Shown here: piece by piece, positions 1 to 13,000 of the stretch
How the letters are laid out: the number at the start of each line of letters is the position of its first letter
Position numbering within the stretch: the stretch's first letter is position 1
DNA from: Hormiphora californensis
Taxonomy: Eukaryota; Animalia; Ctenophora
Reading direction: 5' to 3'
DNA: 64,000 nt
Assembly (NCBI GenBank): GCA_020137815.1
Contig: CM035350.1
Location: 4,464,001 to 4,528,000, forward strand
Program-made: the position numbers and the translations under genes
The notes under the pieces: generated by a model
Database searches by the model: none
Seen by the model: only the letters and a program-made list of their open reading frames with translations
Told to the model about the DNA's origin: nothing

Positions 1-700
1 GCAGGCCACCAAACACCCAGATCGTAACGGCGCCCGGGCAAAATCGGAAAACGTTAAAATCTGGATGCCTTCCATTGCTAACAATTCATCGATTTTGGCG
101 GTCGAGACGGGTTAGGGCTGTTGTTAGGGTCGGGTTAGGGTTTTGTTTGGAATTATCAGTTAGTGCTATCGATTCTCTATCAGATACCTTTTAGTTTACT
201 CAAATCGGCCATGTGGTTGCGTGGCTATAGCCGTTTGAAAAAAGTCGGTCTAGGAAATAAAAGTGTAAAGTCGGATTTTTTGAAGTTGTCAGCCCCTTTT
301 TCACGCACGGTGTCGTATTTGCGCATGACAGCCCCCACTTGCTCTCACTTTTCGGCAAAAAAGCCGCATATCATCTAGAAGAGCATAATTTTGTGAGTCC
401 GTAGAAGTTTTGTTTGACGAAATTGGTCAAGAAACAAAGGCGTGAGAGCCAAAACAAGTGTCCGACACGTTTCCGACGTGCAAATAAAAACTCGCACGCC
501 ACCCAGGGGGGTGACAACTTCAAAAAATCCGACTTAACTCTTTTTAGCGCACCCCTGTAAACAGGCTACAAGGCACCCATATTATAATCGCGCCCGGCAA
601 AATCTGGGTGCCTTCCATTGCTAACAATTCATCGATTTTGGCGGTCGAGACGAGTTAGGGCTGTTGTAAGGGTCTGGTTAGGGCTTCGGGGTTATCGGTG
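1..700. mobile_element. Dispersed non-autonomous repeat with GGGTTA-like internal repeats (Helentron/HINE-like), tandem partial copies
   Basis: 47-252 closely matches 25021-25228 and 545-600 matches 25240-25300. Short inverted motifs ggcacccagatt/aatctgggtgcc and degenerate ttaggg runs. Family assignment is inference. Confidence 0.6.
259..544. mobile_element. MITE inserted in the dispersed repeat
   Basis: TIR aagtcggattttttgaagttgtca (~269-291) and tgacaacttcaaaaaatccgactt (~512-536); this segment is absent from the 25.2-kb copy of the host repeat. Confidence 0.65.
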
Positions 701-893
701 TGGAACACTGAACAGTGAGTAACCTCTCTCCCCGAATCCCTCGCCAACTTCATAAACCCGTAACCTCTGAAGTCCCAGCCTGGAAGCTTGCGCCTTATCC
801 ACACTGTGTTGGCTCATAGTTGTTCCATTTTCAGTTCGGTTGAACCACTATTTAGAAAAACCTGAATAACCAATAATATATCTTAGCTGCAGA

Positions 894-3800
894 ATGGTGA
901 AGCAAATCGTAGAAAAGTGGAAGGTAGATGAATCAAAGCCTGTGATTGTGGAAAAATATGACAAAGTAAGAGTGTTAAACAACCAACAACACAGTTGAGT
1001 AGTTGACCACACTAGACCTGATTTCATCCCTTCTATTTATCCCACCCAGGTCGCAGTAAAGAATGGTATTGATGATCTGTTTCGAAAGATCTTCTCCTCC
1101 AAGCACGAGATAACTGAGACGTTTAGGACACGAGACACTCGACTTCTTATTTGCTTTGTTGCTGTTGTCTTCTCAGGAGTTGGGTGCCTCTACGACTTCC
1201 TTCACCCTTTCCCTGGTAAGAACTAGAAAGACACTGAACAATGAACAGTTTAATCAGTTTAATCAGCTGAGTTGTGTTTGTTAGTTTTTATTAAAGTTAG
1301 AATTTTATTTTGAAAGGTCGTCTAATAAACTTTCACGTGGGTAGATGCTCCCCTTTCTCTCTTGAATGACACTAACACTCCTTTCAGAATCTAGTAAACG
1401 CTAACACTCCTTTCAGAGTCTAGTAAACACTAACACTCCTTTCAGAATCTAGTAAACACTAACACTCCTTTCAGAATCTAGTAAACACTAACACTCCTTT
1501 CAGAATCTAGTAAACACTAACACTCCTTTCAAAATCTAGTTAACACTTGCCTGGTGGGATGGAATGGTAGTGATGTGGTGCTGAACTGAGCTTCGCTCTT
1601 CTTGGCGCCATATCACTGCAAGCCCGATCAGTCAACCTCCGCGTCGGTCCATCCTGGAAACGTACTCCGCGTGTGTGGTCCGGTTTTTTGCTCGGGGTCG
1701 GGTGGTCTTTGGCCTTGTTATGGGTGGTCGTGCTCCTGGTTCCGGCCGAGATGGGCTCTCTGTCTTAGCGGGGACTGGGGTGCGGTCGTCTTGGGCGGGG
1801 TCGGGGTCTTCCCTGTCCGTCGGGTGGGGGATCGGGCTGTGTGCGTGTTGTGCGGCTAATGACTGCGGACGTGAGATGCTATCTCCCATTAAGGGAGTAA
1901 ATTAAACGCCAGAGAACTAGCCTCGCTCAATATTGGCAACCGAGGGCCTCTGCCTTGTAGGCATGCCTGTTGACCCGGCAGCTGTAGCCTTTAAGACAGC
2001 CCTTCAGTCCAACATACCATTGGTAGGACGGAGATTGCCTTCTCTCGCAAAAAATAGGGGTTATTCCCCTGGGGAACCTCTGCCCAAATTTTTGCCACAT
2101 ACTACCTTTGCAATATCTCGCAAATTAAAAATCAAATATTCCACTGTACGGACTACTATACTGCTGGAAAACCTACTACAGGCTACCCAAACTAAACCAA
2201 AGAAGTGTTAGTTTTTTGATTCCGAAAATATGCCTAAATTCAAATTCCTCTCTCAGTCCTAGATGTCCTTGCAAACACAGCGAATAATATATGTACTCCA
2301 ATCTGCTTCAGATTGAGAGATAAGGATATGTGATCCGTAAAGCCTACTCACAGGAGGGCGCGAAGATACTTTTATAGAGCTAAATACATCACCCGAGTAT
2401 CCGATAATGGATAAAGCAATGATCATCCTTATCGTAGTCCCGTAAATAGGAAGATGAACTAATCAAATAACACCACAAGCCACTACGCGATATCAACCAC
2501 CGAGATTTGTAGTTTAAATTAAGGCCTAGCGGCCTCCTAATCGCATTAACAAATACACAAATAATGACAGGCTAGACAACCACTCGGCACATATCTCCCC
2601 CTATAGCAACCTACATGACTCTGTTTTCGTAAGCCCCGCAACAGTTGAGTACCACTTCTACTACTCCTCCTCGCACCAGTCCACATGGTACGCAAACCAC
2701 TGTGTACCACCGCGAGTGACCCAGACACAATTGGCACTCCGGCCGGTGACCAATAATAATAATAATAAAGATTTTGGCCACACGGCCAACTCAGAATTCA
2801 CTCTACGCAAAGTACGTCTAAACTCACTTCCATTTCCCACAATAGTAATTAAAGAAATGTGCATCAAATGGAACACCGCCAGTGATCCAGTCGCAATTGG
2901 AACCCCGCCAGTGACCCAGTCGAAATTAGCACCCTCGCCAGTGACCCAGTCACAGTTGGCACCCCTGTCACACATGACACATTAGACAAACTATAATCCC
3001 CCTAGCAACCTACATGACACTGTTTCTGAAGACCAGCAACTACTACTCCTACTACTCCTCCTCACACCAGCTCACATGGTATGCAAAACATTGTATACCA
3101 CCGCCATTGACCCGGTCACCGCCAGTGACCCGGTCATGTTTGGCACCCCCGCCAGTGACCTAGTCACAATTGGCACCCCCGCCAGTGACCTAGTCACAAT
3201 TGGCAACCTAACCTCGCATGGCAAAATGTAGCCTAAACAATTGCAATCCCCCCGCCAAAATCTATGATCTGAAGAGTATTCACGAATACGAGGGGGAAAT
3301 ACTTATGGTGTTAATATGATCGATAAGAGCCCGTGACCACCGGGCAGGTCGAGGTCAACAGGACCACCTACGCCCAGACAACTCTGGAGACATTAGAAAA
3401 CGCAAAGTGCCTCCTCTGGAAGCTGATACTTAGCAAATGCTTGCCAGTTTGAATCGATTTAAAGCTACCGCTATTGGAAAATAGTCGCCGGACTCCCAGG
3501 CCGTAGGCAGATCTGTCATACTAAGGGTACCGACCCAAAGCCTGAGATGTGTAAGATACGTTGTCAGCGACACCGTAGTCCGCTACAGTGAACCATCGTT
3601 ACATCGTATCCGGCAACGCACCTACTTCTACAGTTGCTTGCAACAGTAGTAACCAGAGACCAGTCACTCGGACAGGTAAATTCCGCCACTGTCCTTGTAA
3701 TAGACGGGCGTCGACTTCCTTCGTATGCAATACCTTTCTCGCGGTGCCAAACAGGGCAGGGGGGAACTCAGCGGGCAGCAAGGAGGGGGGGGGGAGTAAG

Positions 3801-4901
3801 ATCCCCTATCCCCTCTGCGCGGCCTGCTGGACGAACCCAGGCTCGACCTGGAGAACACCGACACGTGACCTTTTTGTGTGGGGACATGTGGCGAGAGGTG
3901 AATTCCTAGGGGCAGGCTGTCTCGTCTTACATGACAGCTAAGTGGGTCGGAATGTTGGGAGGTGCTAAACACACACACACACACTTGCCTGGCTAGAGTC
4001 TAGTAAACACTAACAGTTAACACTCCTTTCAGAGTCGAAGTATGTGCTTGGTGTGTGTAGTTTCTCCTACTTCTCCATTGTTGGACTTCTCTACATCTGG
4101 GAATGGGTAAGTGAAGTAGTATTTAGCAGAGTTTGTTCATGGGGGGTTCATGGATGTTATCAGTTACTAGGGTTACTAGGGTGCTTCACAAGATAATAAC
4201 TCAAATCGTAAACCCCGACTTCTACTTGCCTGAAATGTATTCTAAACCTAAAATGTATATTTCAGTTTGTAGAGAAAGGAACGTTTTTCGAGGGAAGCAA
4301 GTCTGGCAATTCAATCCGGTTATCAAGCTATATTCCACGATTTTCAGGCCAATACACATTTACAGTAAGTGTCTCAATCTTCCACCCAGAGTTTATTGTA
4401 TGTGTGGTTGGTATGTAGTCGCTAGTCAGGCTCTCACTGTCATATTTGGCAAAACAAGGAACAATGTGTTTACAATACAACGCCAACTCAGCCGGAATTA
4501 GCTGTCTATCTTATCGAGAAATATTGCCTCCTAAGACCGTCAAATTAGCTGCGTGTCGGCAAATTAACCTGAAGTTCGAAATTCTGGCCTCTAATTGACT
4601 CGCACGTATGAAATTGAGTTTTTTGGTGGTATCAGGGGGCGATACTTCCTGACCAGATGGAAAGTTTATTTAATTATTTAGTCTGACCATTTCAGTTTTT
4701 ATAAGAATATTTCAAACAAACCGATACTACTAAGATCTTTGTTTTCAGGGAGAGAGCGTTGTTGAGGGAGAGAAGAGGGAGATAAAGTTCACCAAATGTA
4801 TCAGTACCTGGCTGGATGATAAAGGCACTGTTCTACCCGGCAAGGTCGAGACAGAGAGTGAGGCAATATTCAATGAGTTACTGAAACCCAAAAAACAATG
4901 A
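894..4901 (+). CDS. SPCS2: Signal peptidase complex subunit 2; exons 894-965, 1050-1215, 4033-4106, 4266-4364, 4749-4901
   Basis: GT-AG spliced frame gives MVKQIVEKWKVDESKPVIVEKYDKVAVKNGIDD...RLLIC...YDFLHPFPESKYVLGVCSFSYF...FTKCISTWLDDKGTV...KPKKQ*. This matches SPC25/SPCS2 motifs (AVKNxxDD, HPFPESK) and ends in a KxKxx-type ER retrieval motif. Confidence 0.93.
1371..1544 (+). repeat. 6 x 29-bp tandem repeat of the SPCS2 intron-2 acceptor region
   Basis: Unit actaacactcctttcagaatctagtaaac; the real acceptor at 4032 is taacactcctttcag|agtc. Confidence 0.95.
1555..3980. mobile_element. 2.4-kb insertion with 12-bp flanking direct repeat and (AC)n end; probable non-autonomous retroelement
   Basis: acacttgcctgg at 1543-1554 and 3981-3992; (ac)n at ~3969-3984; splits the 29-bp array; internal ~30-bp gccagtgacc(c/t)agtcacaattggcacccc repeats and a duplicated block (~2590-2740 vs ~3000-3150); no long ORF. 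Confidence 0.65.
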
Positions 4902-5479
4902 ACTGAAGTTGCTGCCGCCATTGCTATTGAGTGTGTTACCCCCATCAATCATATTGCATTACCCGTACAATTTCAATTTTAACTTGTCCCCCGTTAAATA
5001 GTTTGTGTGTTTTATGGCTGAGGAATCTCGGACAATTTCCCCTAACCCCACTGAACTGCACACGGGCTGTTTCGAAAATACACAACCATTGCACAACAGT
5101 GTGTCCCGTATGGACCAATTGAGGACCGATGTGTGTGTGTGGGGCGCGACGACATTCTCAATGTAAACTTGGCGCAATACGCGCGCACTGTCTTTCAAAC
5201 TGACGTACCCCAAATCTTGTCCCTTGTTTCTCGGTCGCCTGGTGGCGGACGATTCACGATAAGGGTCTCTGATCTCTCAGTGATCAGTCCCATTCCATGT
5301 AATAATACTTTACAAACGAATTAAAACACGTCAATTTCCCACGAATAAAAACATTGCATACATCTGAAGAAATTAGTAAAAACAAAAACGATCAAGATGA
5401 AAATAAATTAGGATCATTTCAGTTGTCAAGTGTCCCTTTCGTCAGACTAAGTGTCCCTACCAGCTACCACACACATACT

Positions 5480-8400
5480 TTAGGCCTTTTTCTCCGCTCC
5501 AAACTCAGTACTGTCTATTATGTGCTCGATAACCTCATCTCCTAACTTCTTGAGCTGGTCGGTGGGTTCTGAAATTGTCTTTACAACAGCATCGATGGTA
5601 TCCCTCAAATCCTCCATAACTGGATCCTCGGCTTCCTCAGTGGGGATCTCCCCGAGCGGATTACCCAGTCTTATCGTCTCGTCAGCTGAAGGGGAATGGG
5701 CGATTTTAGAAGAGCAAGAAACCGGGGCTTTAGGATACCGTAATCTGGGGTAACTTTGTTTTGCAGGGTAACTTTGGACACTTTCAAAATTTGGCTTTAG
5801 TCCAAAATTACCAACAGATAACGACAGATTAGGCATAATTTTTGGGTGTACAAGTAATTGACTCACAAATGTCTAACTAACGGTACAATTATTTTTTTCA
5901 ATTCTATGCTAATTAGCTCCTAATTAGGGGCAAACATAATTGATGTCAAAATCGCTAAAAATGTTCAAATCAAAATGGGTACCATAGATTTGACCGGGCT
6001 AATGACCGAATCAAGTTTGCTCCATAGAGTGGAAGGGTTTCGATCAAATAATTCGGGGCACCATTTTTCAAACCCGATCAATTACTTTAATTGAGACTAA
6101 TAGGGGTGGCTAATGTTACCCCACCATTTTTTGAATTTTGGGGTAACTTTGGACGGGGTGCCAAAGTTACCCCACACTACAGGTTTTGAACTTTTGGTGT
6201 CTGTAGAGTTACCTTAGACCCTCTCTGAATTGTTTAGGGCCATAAAACCAAGATTCAGCCCACTCCACGCCCATTTCCATCCATCTATTCGATAGGTTAG
6301 TGAAAAACTAGGAGTTGGACTATTTTATGGAGCTAAATCACAGAAATCCGGCCTGAAACCCATCAAACTTCAATAATTTGGGGTTCCTCATCCATCCTGT
6401 AGCTTGTTAGATGGTATTGGATCTCTAGGCGAGTGTTCTAGTTCTTGTAGACAATCTATGCAGGAGCACAGGTACCAAAACTCCTTTATTTAGCCAGTAC
6501 CCATAAGTATACCACTTCCTGTCTATCAAATTTCAGCGAAAATAACTAACACACTCGCCTAGAGATCCAATACCATCTAACAAACTACTGGGTGGATGAG
6601 GGACCCCAGATTACTGAAGTTTGATGGGTTTCAGGCCGGATGTGGCAACCTCTAAATCAAGTCCGATTGAGCTGAAATTTTATTTGGTGGCTAGTTTTAT
6701 CATTCCTCACGCCCAAAAAAGTAGAGTCGACATCAACAAATTTTAAATCATGGGGTTTGACCAACCCTATTGTTCTTTTTTAATTTATTGACCCATTTAA
6801 ACCCCATTTAAACATTTTAGGTTCATTTATTTATCGTTGCAAAATGTTCGGATTTATGTTTGTTCCAATATTACTATCGTGGGGTAACTTTGGACGGGTG
6901 TCCAAAGTTACCCCACCCTACTTCCAAAGTTACCCCATGCCCTAAAACCCCACTTACACTAAAATACACGTTAATTAATGTAATTAAATGAGAGGGGACC
7001 AAAAATTTCACTAGTTATATCTGGTGTACTAGGTCTGGAACGGGATTATTTGGTTCAAAAATTTTCGAGTGTGGTTCTGGCAAGGAGTTATTTTAGGAGA
7101 ATGCTAAAAAGTGGTACAAAGTTACCCCAACTTACGGTACGTGATAATGTGAGGGCGATGTAAAATCTGACTGTGCCGTACAGGGAATAATTCAGGTTGA
7201 ACTCATTGAAATTTATAATGTAATATAAAAACTAGAAAATAAGGAGGATAGTGGTGACCTACTTTCAAGATTGAAGGTGAAGCTCTTGGGTGCTTCAAAC
7301 ATTAGCACAATTGTAGACCCAAAGTTGAACCCTCCCACCATCTCGCCCCGTGACAGCTCCTGTTGAGGCTCCAGAAGTATCTCAGTGTCTTTTGTGAAAC
7401 TGAGGAAACCTTTGTTCGTCTGTATTGCATCAGCACTGTCCTGAGGGGAGGGGAGTTTAGTTTTCTAGCCTTCCTTTACCGGTGAAAGAGGGTCGAGTAA
7501 GTGGGGGTTAAAATAAGGGGACTGGGTATTATTTATTTGTGCATACGACCCTCCTTTACAGTTCTACTTGAAATGTCTGAGAGAATTAAAGAAAGGTCGA
7601 CAGTTCACTGTTCTGCTCAGGAAGGTGAGAGATAACAGAACTTATCAGTACCTTGAGGAAGTCAATTCGTATTGATCCGACGTTAGTGGCACCCACTGCA
7701 GTATACGAAAAGTAGCCGTGTTTCCAAGACCCAGAAAGCAGCACCCTCTCATTTAGTACCAGGATGTTTCTAACAATCTTGCACACGGAGGGGTTAACTG
7801 ACATCAATGTGCCTGGGAGGGACGCGGGTTAACATTTGTATCCAAAGGCTGGCGGCCGGGGTTTAGGTTTCCTAGAAACCGTTTCTAATGCTTTATCAGG
7901 GCCTGTTATCTCTATTTTAATCGCCCTTCGCATCGAAAACTGGGGCAATAAATACAAAAGATGCACAAGATGATTTACCTGGGAAGTGTATAACTTTATC
8001 TACAGTCCAGGAACAGGGCGAGTGGAAGAGATGGTAATCACCGGGGGCCAGGTACAGTACACAATAAAACAAATCATTATTAACTGGGTCCCTGAGAGCT
8101 GGCGATGATCCAAGAAATCTCTCCACAGGGTATCTAACACCCTTTACCTGCTCCACAATACCATCCTTGCACCTTCCGTAGTGCAACACCCTACCATCGC
8201 AGGGTACCACAAGAGGTGAGGTGGAGTCAATGTGCCTAACTGAGGGCTTTAACTCTCGCTGGAAGAACTCCCCCAGCGAGTTGTAAGCTTGGACTGATTC
8301 CTCGGCTGCCTCCTCTAGATTTACACCGAAGTACCTAGGCACAAGGAGCGTGGTTAGGACTCAGGATCATGTAGCGACCACAGAACTCCCAGAAGATGAT

Positions 8401-9778
8401 ACCAAACAATATATCTTAGTCATTCTCTAACTCGATCAATGTCATAGATGTAACGTACCAGCAGTAAAAGTTGAGGATTGGTGTTAGGACGGGTTTAGGG
8501 AGCTGTTTCTCTCCGACGTATCCTATAATTCGTGATCCGGTCCGCAGAGGAAACAACTGATACAGGTATGCCTACAGGACATTGGGTTAGCATAACTGGT
8601 TCAGGTTAGAAGGGAACATATATGACAACATATAATATGTGGGGAATATAATGCGGTAAAATAAATATCAGGCCAATGCTCTAAAATCGAAGGGAAGGGC
8701 AGTCAATCAGAGAAAAGTTATCTCACCAAATAGTCATCGACCTCGACCTCAGATGGATTAGACGCCAGCGCTCGTAGCCTCTTTTGCTCTCGCTTCCGCG
8801 ACTTGTAAATCTAAGCAGTAAATTGAAACGTTGGACTAAATAGCAGGATGGAAAAGAATGTGAATTTGTATGTTGAGAAGTGAGAACTGATCGTCCTCAA
8901 TATTGTCTCGACTCCCACTCAATAGGCCTTCACACTTATTGTCTACCAAACTGTCACGAGTTCGCATCATACCCCCAGTTTTCAGCAAGATTTTATCTTG
9001 ACAAGATCTAGTGTAAATTATAACTTGAATAAGGTTTCTACTACACATTAGTTCACAACTTCGCATACCTGTATTATACAGATAAAGACAAGGCTAAGGA
9101 TAAATGGGTTGTTGAACCAGGACTTCCGTACAAATGTGAATACAGTAGCTACACTGAATCCTGCTGCTGCAACTGAAATGGGAAATCGGGTCATGATCAA
9201 CAGGGATATCAGCTAGTCAAATTAGCAATGAGAGGTTGTCAGCATTGGCCACTGATCTCATACGATCCAAGTGAGAATAATGGCATCGCGCTGACAGAAG
9301 ATAGGGAAAACCTACATGTTGAGAGTTAAACCTACGTTTTAGAGACACCTTGAGAGCAAGGCAAGTCAGATGTTTTAGGTCGGTTAAACGAGGGAGAAGG
9401 ATTTCATTCAGGCAATCATAAGACTGGTAAGACCATTGATTAGGTAACATTTTGTAGGCAAAATAAACGAGAAAAGGGACCGCCGACGTAGTTGCCTGGG
9501 TACTTATAGCACCCATATTAGGTGATCTCATTATGTCAGTTTCATGACCCAACTACCCGTCAGGTCGGTATGAACTCACAAAGCTGGGTCGTGTGAAAGC
9601 CAAAAAAAATGTGCAATCATAGTTTAACAAGCCAACTATTTTCTAAAAAAGTAGAGCCAAAAAGCTGTCGAGTGCAGCTGCTGAGCTATGTAAGAGGGTA
9701 ATCGAGGAAACCAGTTGTGCAAGTTGTGCAGTGGCAGCTCCGAGGGTGGAGAGCTGATCACACCGATACCCACACACC

Positions 9779-9844
<66 letters not shown>

Positions 9845-10009
9845 GGGGGTACAATAACTGGTGAGAGAGATGGAAAGATAGCGAGAGAGAGGGGTAGAAA
9901 CGTGCCCGTTTACATAGTGGGGAGGCACATTTTGGGACGGTGGCATCACAGATCCTCCAACGTGCCGAATACCGATGACTCATTCACCCCCCTGGCGATA
10001 ACAGGGGAT

Positions 10010-10062
<53 letters not shown>

Positions 10063-13000
10063 GAGAGAGATAGAGAGAGAGAGAGATAGATAGGGAGAGA
10101 GATAGATAGATAGGGAGAGGGGGATGGGATATGAAGCATGTTACATGTATAATGCTGGGTGCAAACTGTGCAGAGCAAGATGAAATCACAGAGCTACAAC
10201 AGCAGGCCATGTCCATGATGTTTCGAAAGAGGGAGAGAAATGAGGGGATATCATGCCCAAGGTGAGTACACGTTTGAGGGTGATCCTGTCAGGTCAATGC
10301 TCTGACAGGGATAATATGCGCTTGCCAGCACAGTAATCACTACTACATAGCTCTGTACTCACCAAAAGGAGATGCCAAGCAGACAGCTGATTTTCCTATA
10401 CCGTATCCACCTCGAAGCCTGAGGACTGAGTAACTTAGTATTAGTTTCACACGAGACACAGAATTGTGACTGAGAAGGATGAAACAGGAAATTGCATGTA
10501 GCAAATCATTATTAGTGAAAATACAGTTACAATTATCCCTCCCTCCTTCACACGCACACACTCTCCCCTCTCAACAATTATTTCACTACTTTATCTCACC
10601 ACGTAGCGATTTTTCCGATATCTTGTATCTAAAGGCTCGGATCTTGTGACCAACTTTTCGGGCTCGTGACCGCATACCAAGACCGGATCGCATATTTCTA
10701 TCTTACTTTTAAAACAAAAGGATGTATGAAACAGTAACTAGAAGCAGAGAACTAGAATGAAACACAAGCTGTCTGATGTCACGAGAGGAGAGCTGCCACG
10801 AGGGGTGAGAAATAAGACCACGCAAGCTGAAGGGTGTTATGTGAAGGTAGAGAGAAACATGAGAGATTTCACATTTTATCTAACCCACTCTCCTTTTTCT
10901 CACCAACTGCTTTATACAACAGTCTTTCTATCTTTCTCTCCCCCGTCTTTTCGTGACGAAACATACAAGCCAATACTCTGACCACAGTTCTCGTGCGAGA
11001 CTATACTTTGGTATCGAAGACACTTCGCGCGCGCTGGCAAGGGGTAACTTCGTAACCAAGACTATACTAGGGTCAGGCCAATGCTCTGACAGCACTGTAA
11101 GCAAAAAAACGTTTAGGCCGTCCGGATTCTAGTCATTAATTCATCAATTTAAATGAACGGAATGAGTCAAGTAGACCAATGCATGACCGGTTATGATCAA
11201 AGATTTATTTGATCGGGAATCGTTAAATGATAATTTTGCCAGTGCCACTAAAACATTATCAGGGGCTGGTAGTGAGACCGCAGAATCTGCTGTGTGCTCC
11301 GCACAAAAGACTAGCAAATTTGAGTGAGTTGTACGGAAAAGCGTGCTGAGAAAGCAAATAACGGAATTTTTCCAATTTTTTTTCACTGTGGCATTCACAA
11401 AGCCGTCACCTACAGCCCAGTGAAAACCCGGTGGAAAACGGTTATTTACAAGCTTTGCAGTGATCAAAACCGTGAACAACTTCGTTTTTCAGATTTCTCC
11501 AGTTTTGGGAGGGTAGGGCTCTTTACGAGACTATTACTCAAAATTGAGATAAAAAATCGAAAAAAATCGTCAAGTGTGTATCTCAAAATTGTCCATTCTA
11601 TCGATTCCCGGGTTGTTTGGGACTCCTAGGACAACCGTCTAGGGTGCAACCTCCAAAAACTTTGAAAAAGCCGGTTTTTTTGCCCCCGGAAAATTCTGCG
11701 GTCTCACTTGAAGTCACGTGATCTAGGGCAAGTGAGAGCTTGGCACCGTGTCATGATTAGGCGAATAAGTGAGACCGCAGAATCAGTTTTGCATGTAAAC
11801 GTATGTATCTCTCTCCCTCCCCTTCGTCCTAGAACCCATTCTCACTTCTTGAGTGTGGAGTTACACACACGAGAGGGGGGGACCATCTACCAAGTCGTTT
11901 TGTTCAGGGCACATCACCCTGTAGTGAGAAATCTCGGTGGGCAATTCACCACTGGTTCCAATATGACCCTAATGTTACCCCAAATCACATCCTAAAAGTC
12001 TACGACTCTACGACCACCAGATGACCTTCATAATTGGGCTTAATTGGGTATAATAGGGTTCTGTCATATCTCCGTTTAGAAACTTCGTAGAGAGGCCTAA
12101 CTAGGCTCAAACTGTTCTAGATATTATTGAAAACTTTTTACTTAGTAACTAAGCTCTAAAATGCATAGTTTTGGCTTAATTGGGCTTAATTGGGTCAAAA
12201 TTTACCTTAATTGAGTTACTTTTAAAACCAGTCCAGCCACATCATAGAGATTTCAAACCAGCTATTTCGAAGCAGAATAAGCATGTTTAGGGGGGTCATC
12301 GGGGGGAATTTTTGCTCTATCTCTACCCAATTTCCCCTAATTGGCCAATTAAGAATTTGTTGAATTCTACTAGGTAAATTGTGACATAATCATTAGTTAA
12401 GGAGTTAATTGGCTAATTAGACCCACACGCACTATATTTCAGGATTTTGAAGAAATATAACCCTCCAACCCGCCTAGCAACCACTCAGGGTGCCTTATAA
12501 GTCGTCCAGGACATCTTAAAATCCACCCAGCCCTCTCAGATGCCTTCTATACACCGCAACGTACTCCCAGGAAGTACCAGATACCCCATTGCATAGACAC
12601 ACTTAGATACTAAACAGGTCCTCCAAATATTCATTCTAAACCTTCTTATTAGATATACAGTCGGATTTAGTGAACAAAACCCTTTCCCCCAAGGATGCCA
12701 CTAAATCGGGGTCCGACTGTATATCCACTTAGCAATCTTAGCAGTCTTATAACTTTTCAAGGGGCTCCCGAAACACCAGGCACCAGCCCATTTCAGATAA
12801 ATCTTCTAGACACCGCAATGTTCTTGCTCAGGACTCAGGTGATTCACAAAGCTATCCAGATAGCTATAGCTCCCGCCCCCATTCTATCCTTAAAGTCTTC
12901 TAGGCCTCGTATATATATATACATATTATGTTGTTGAGTCGTATTGATACTACATGGGTCCCAGATCTTAGCACTAAGGGTTACCTAACTACTTATGCCC

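Noticed and set aside
1371-1544. CRISPR-like 29-bp and 33-bp repeat arrays (also 40647-40844)
   Set aside because: No unique spacers, no cas genes, and an intron-containing eukaryotic context.
1543-1554. U1 snRNA 5' end (acacttgcctgg resembles atacttacctgg)
   Set aside because: Only 10 of 12 nt match and the downstream sequence is not U1.
3260-3330. Hammerhead ribozyme core (ctgaaga-gtatt-cacg-aatac-gag)
   Set aside because: GAAA is replaced by GAGG and no convincing stem III or UH site; at best degenerate.
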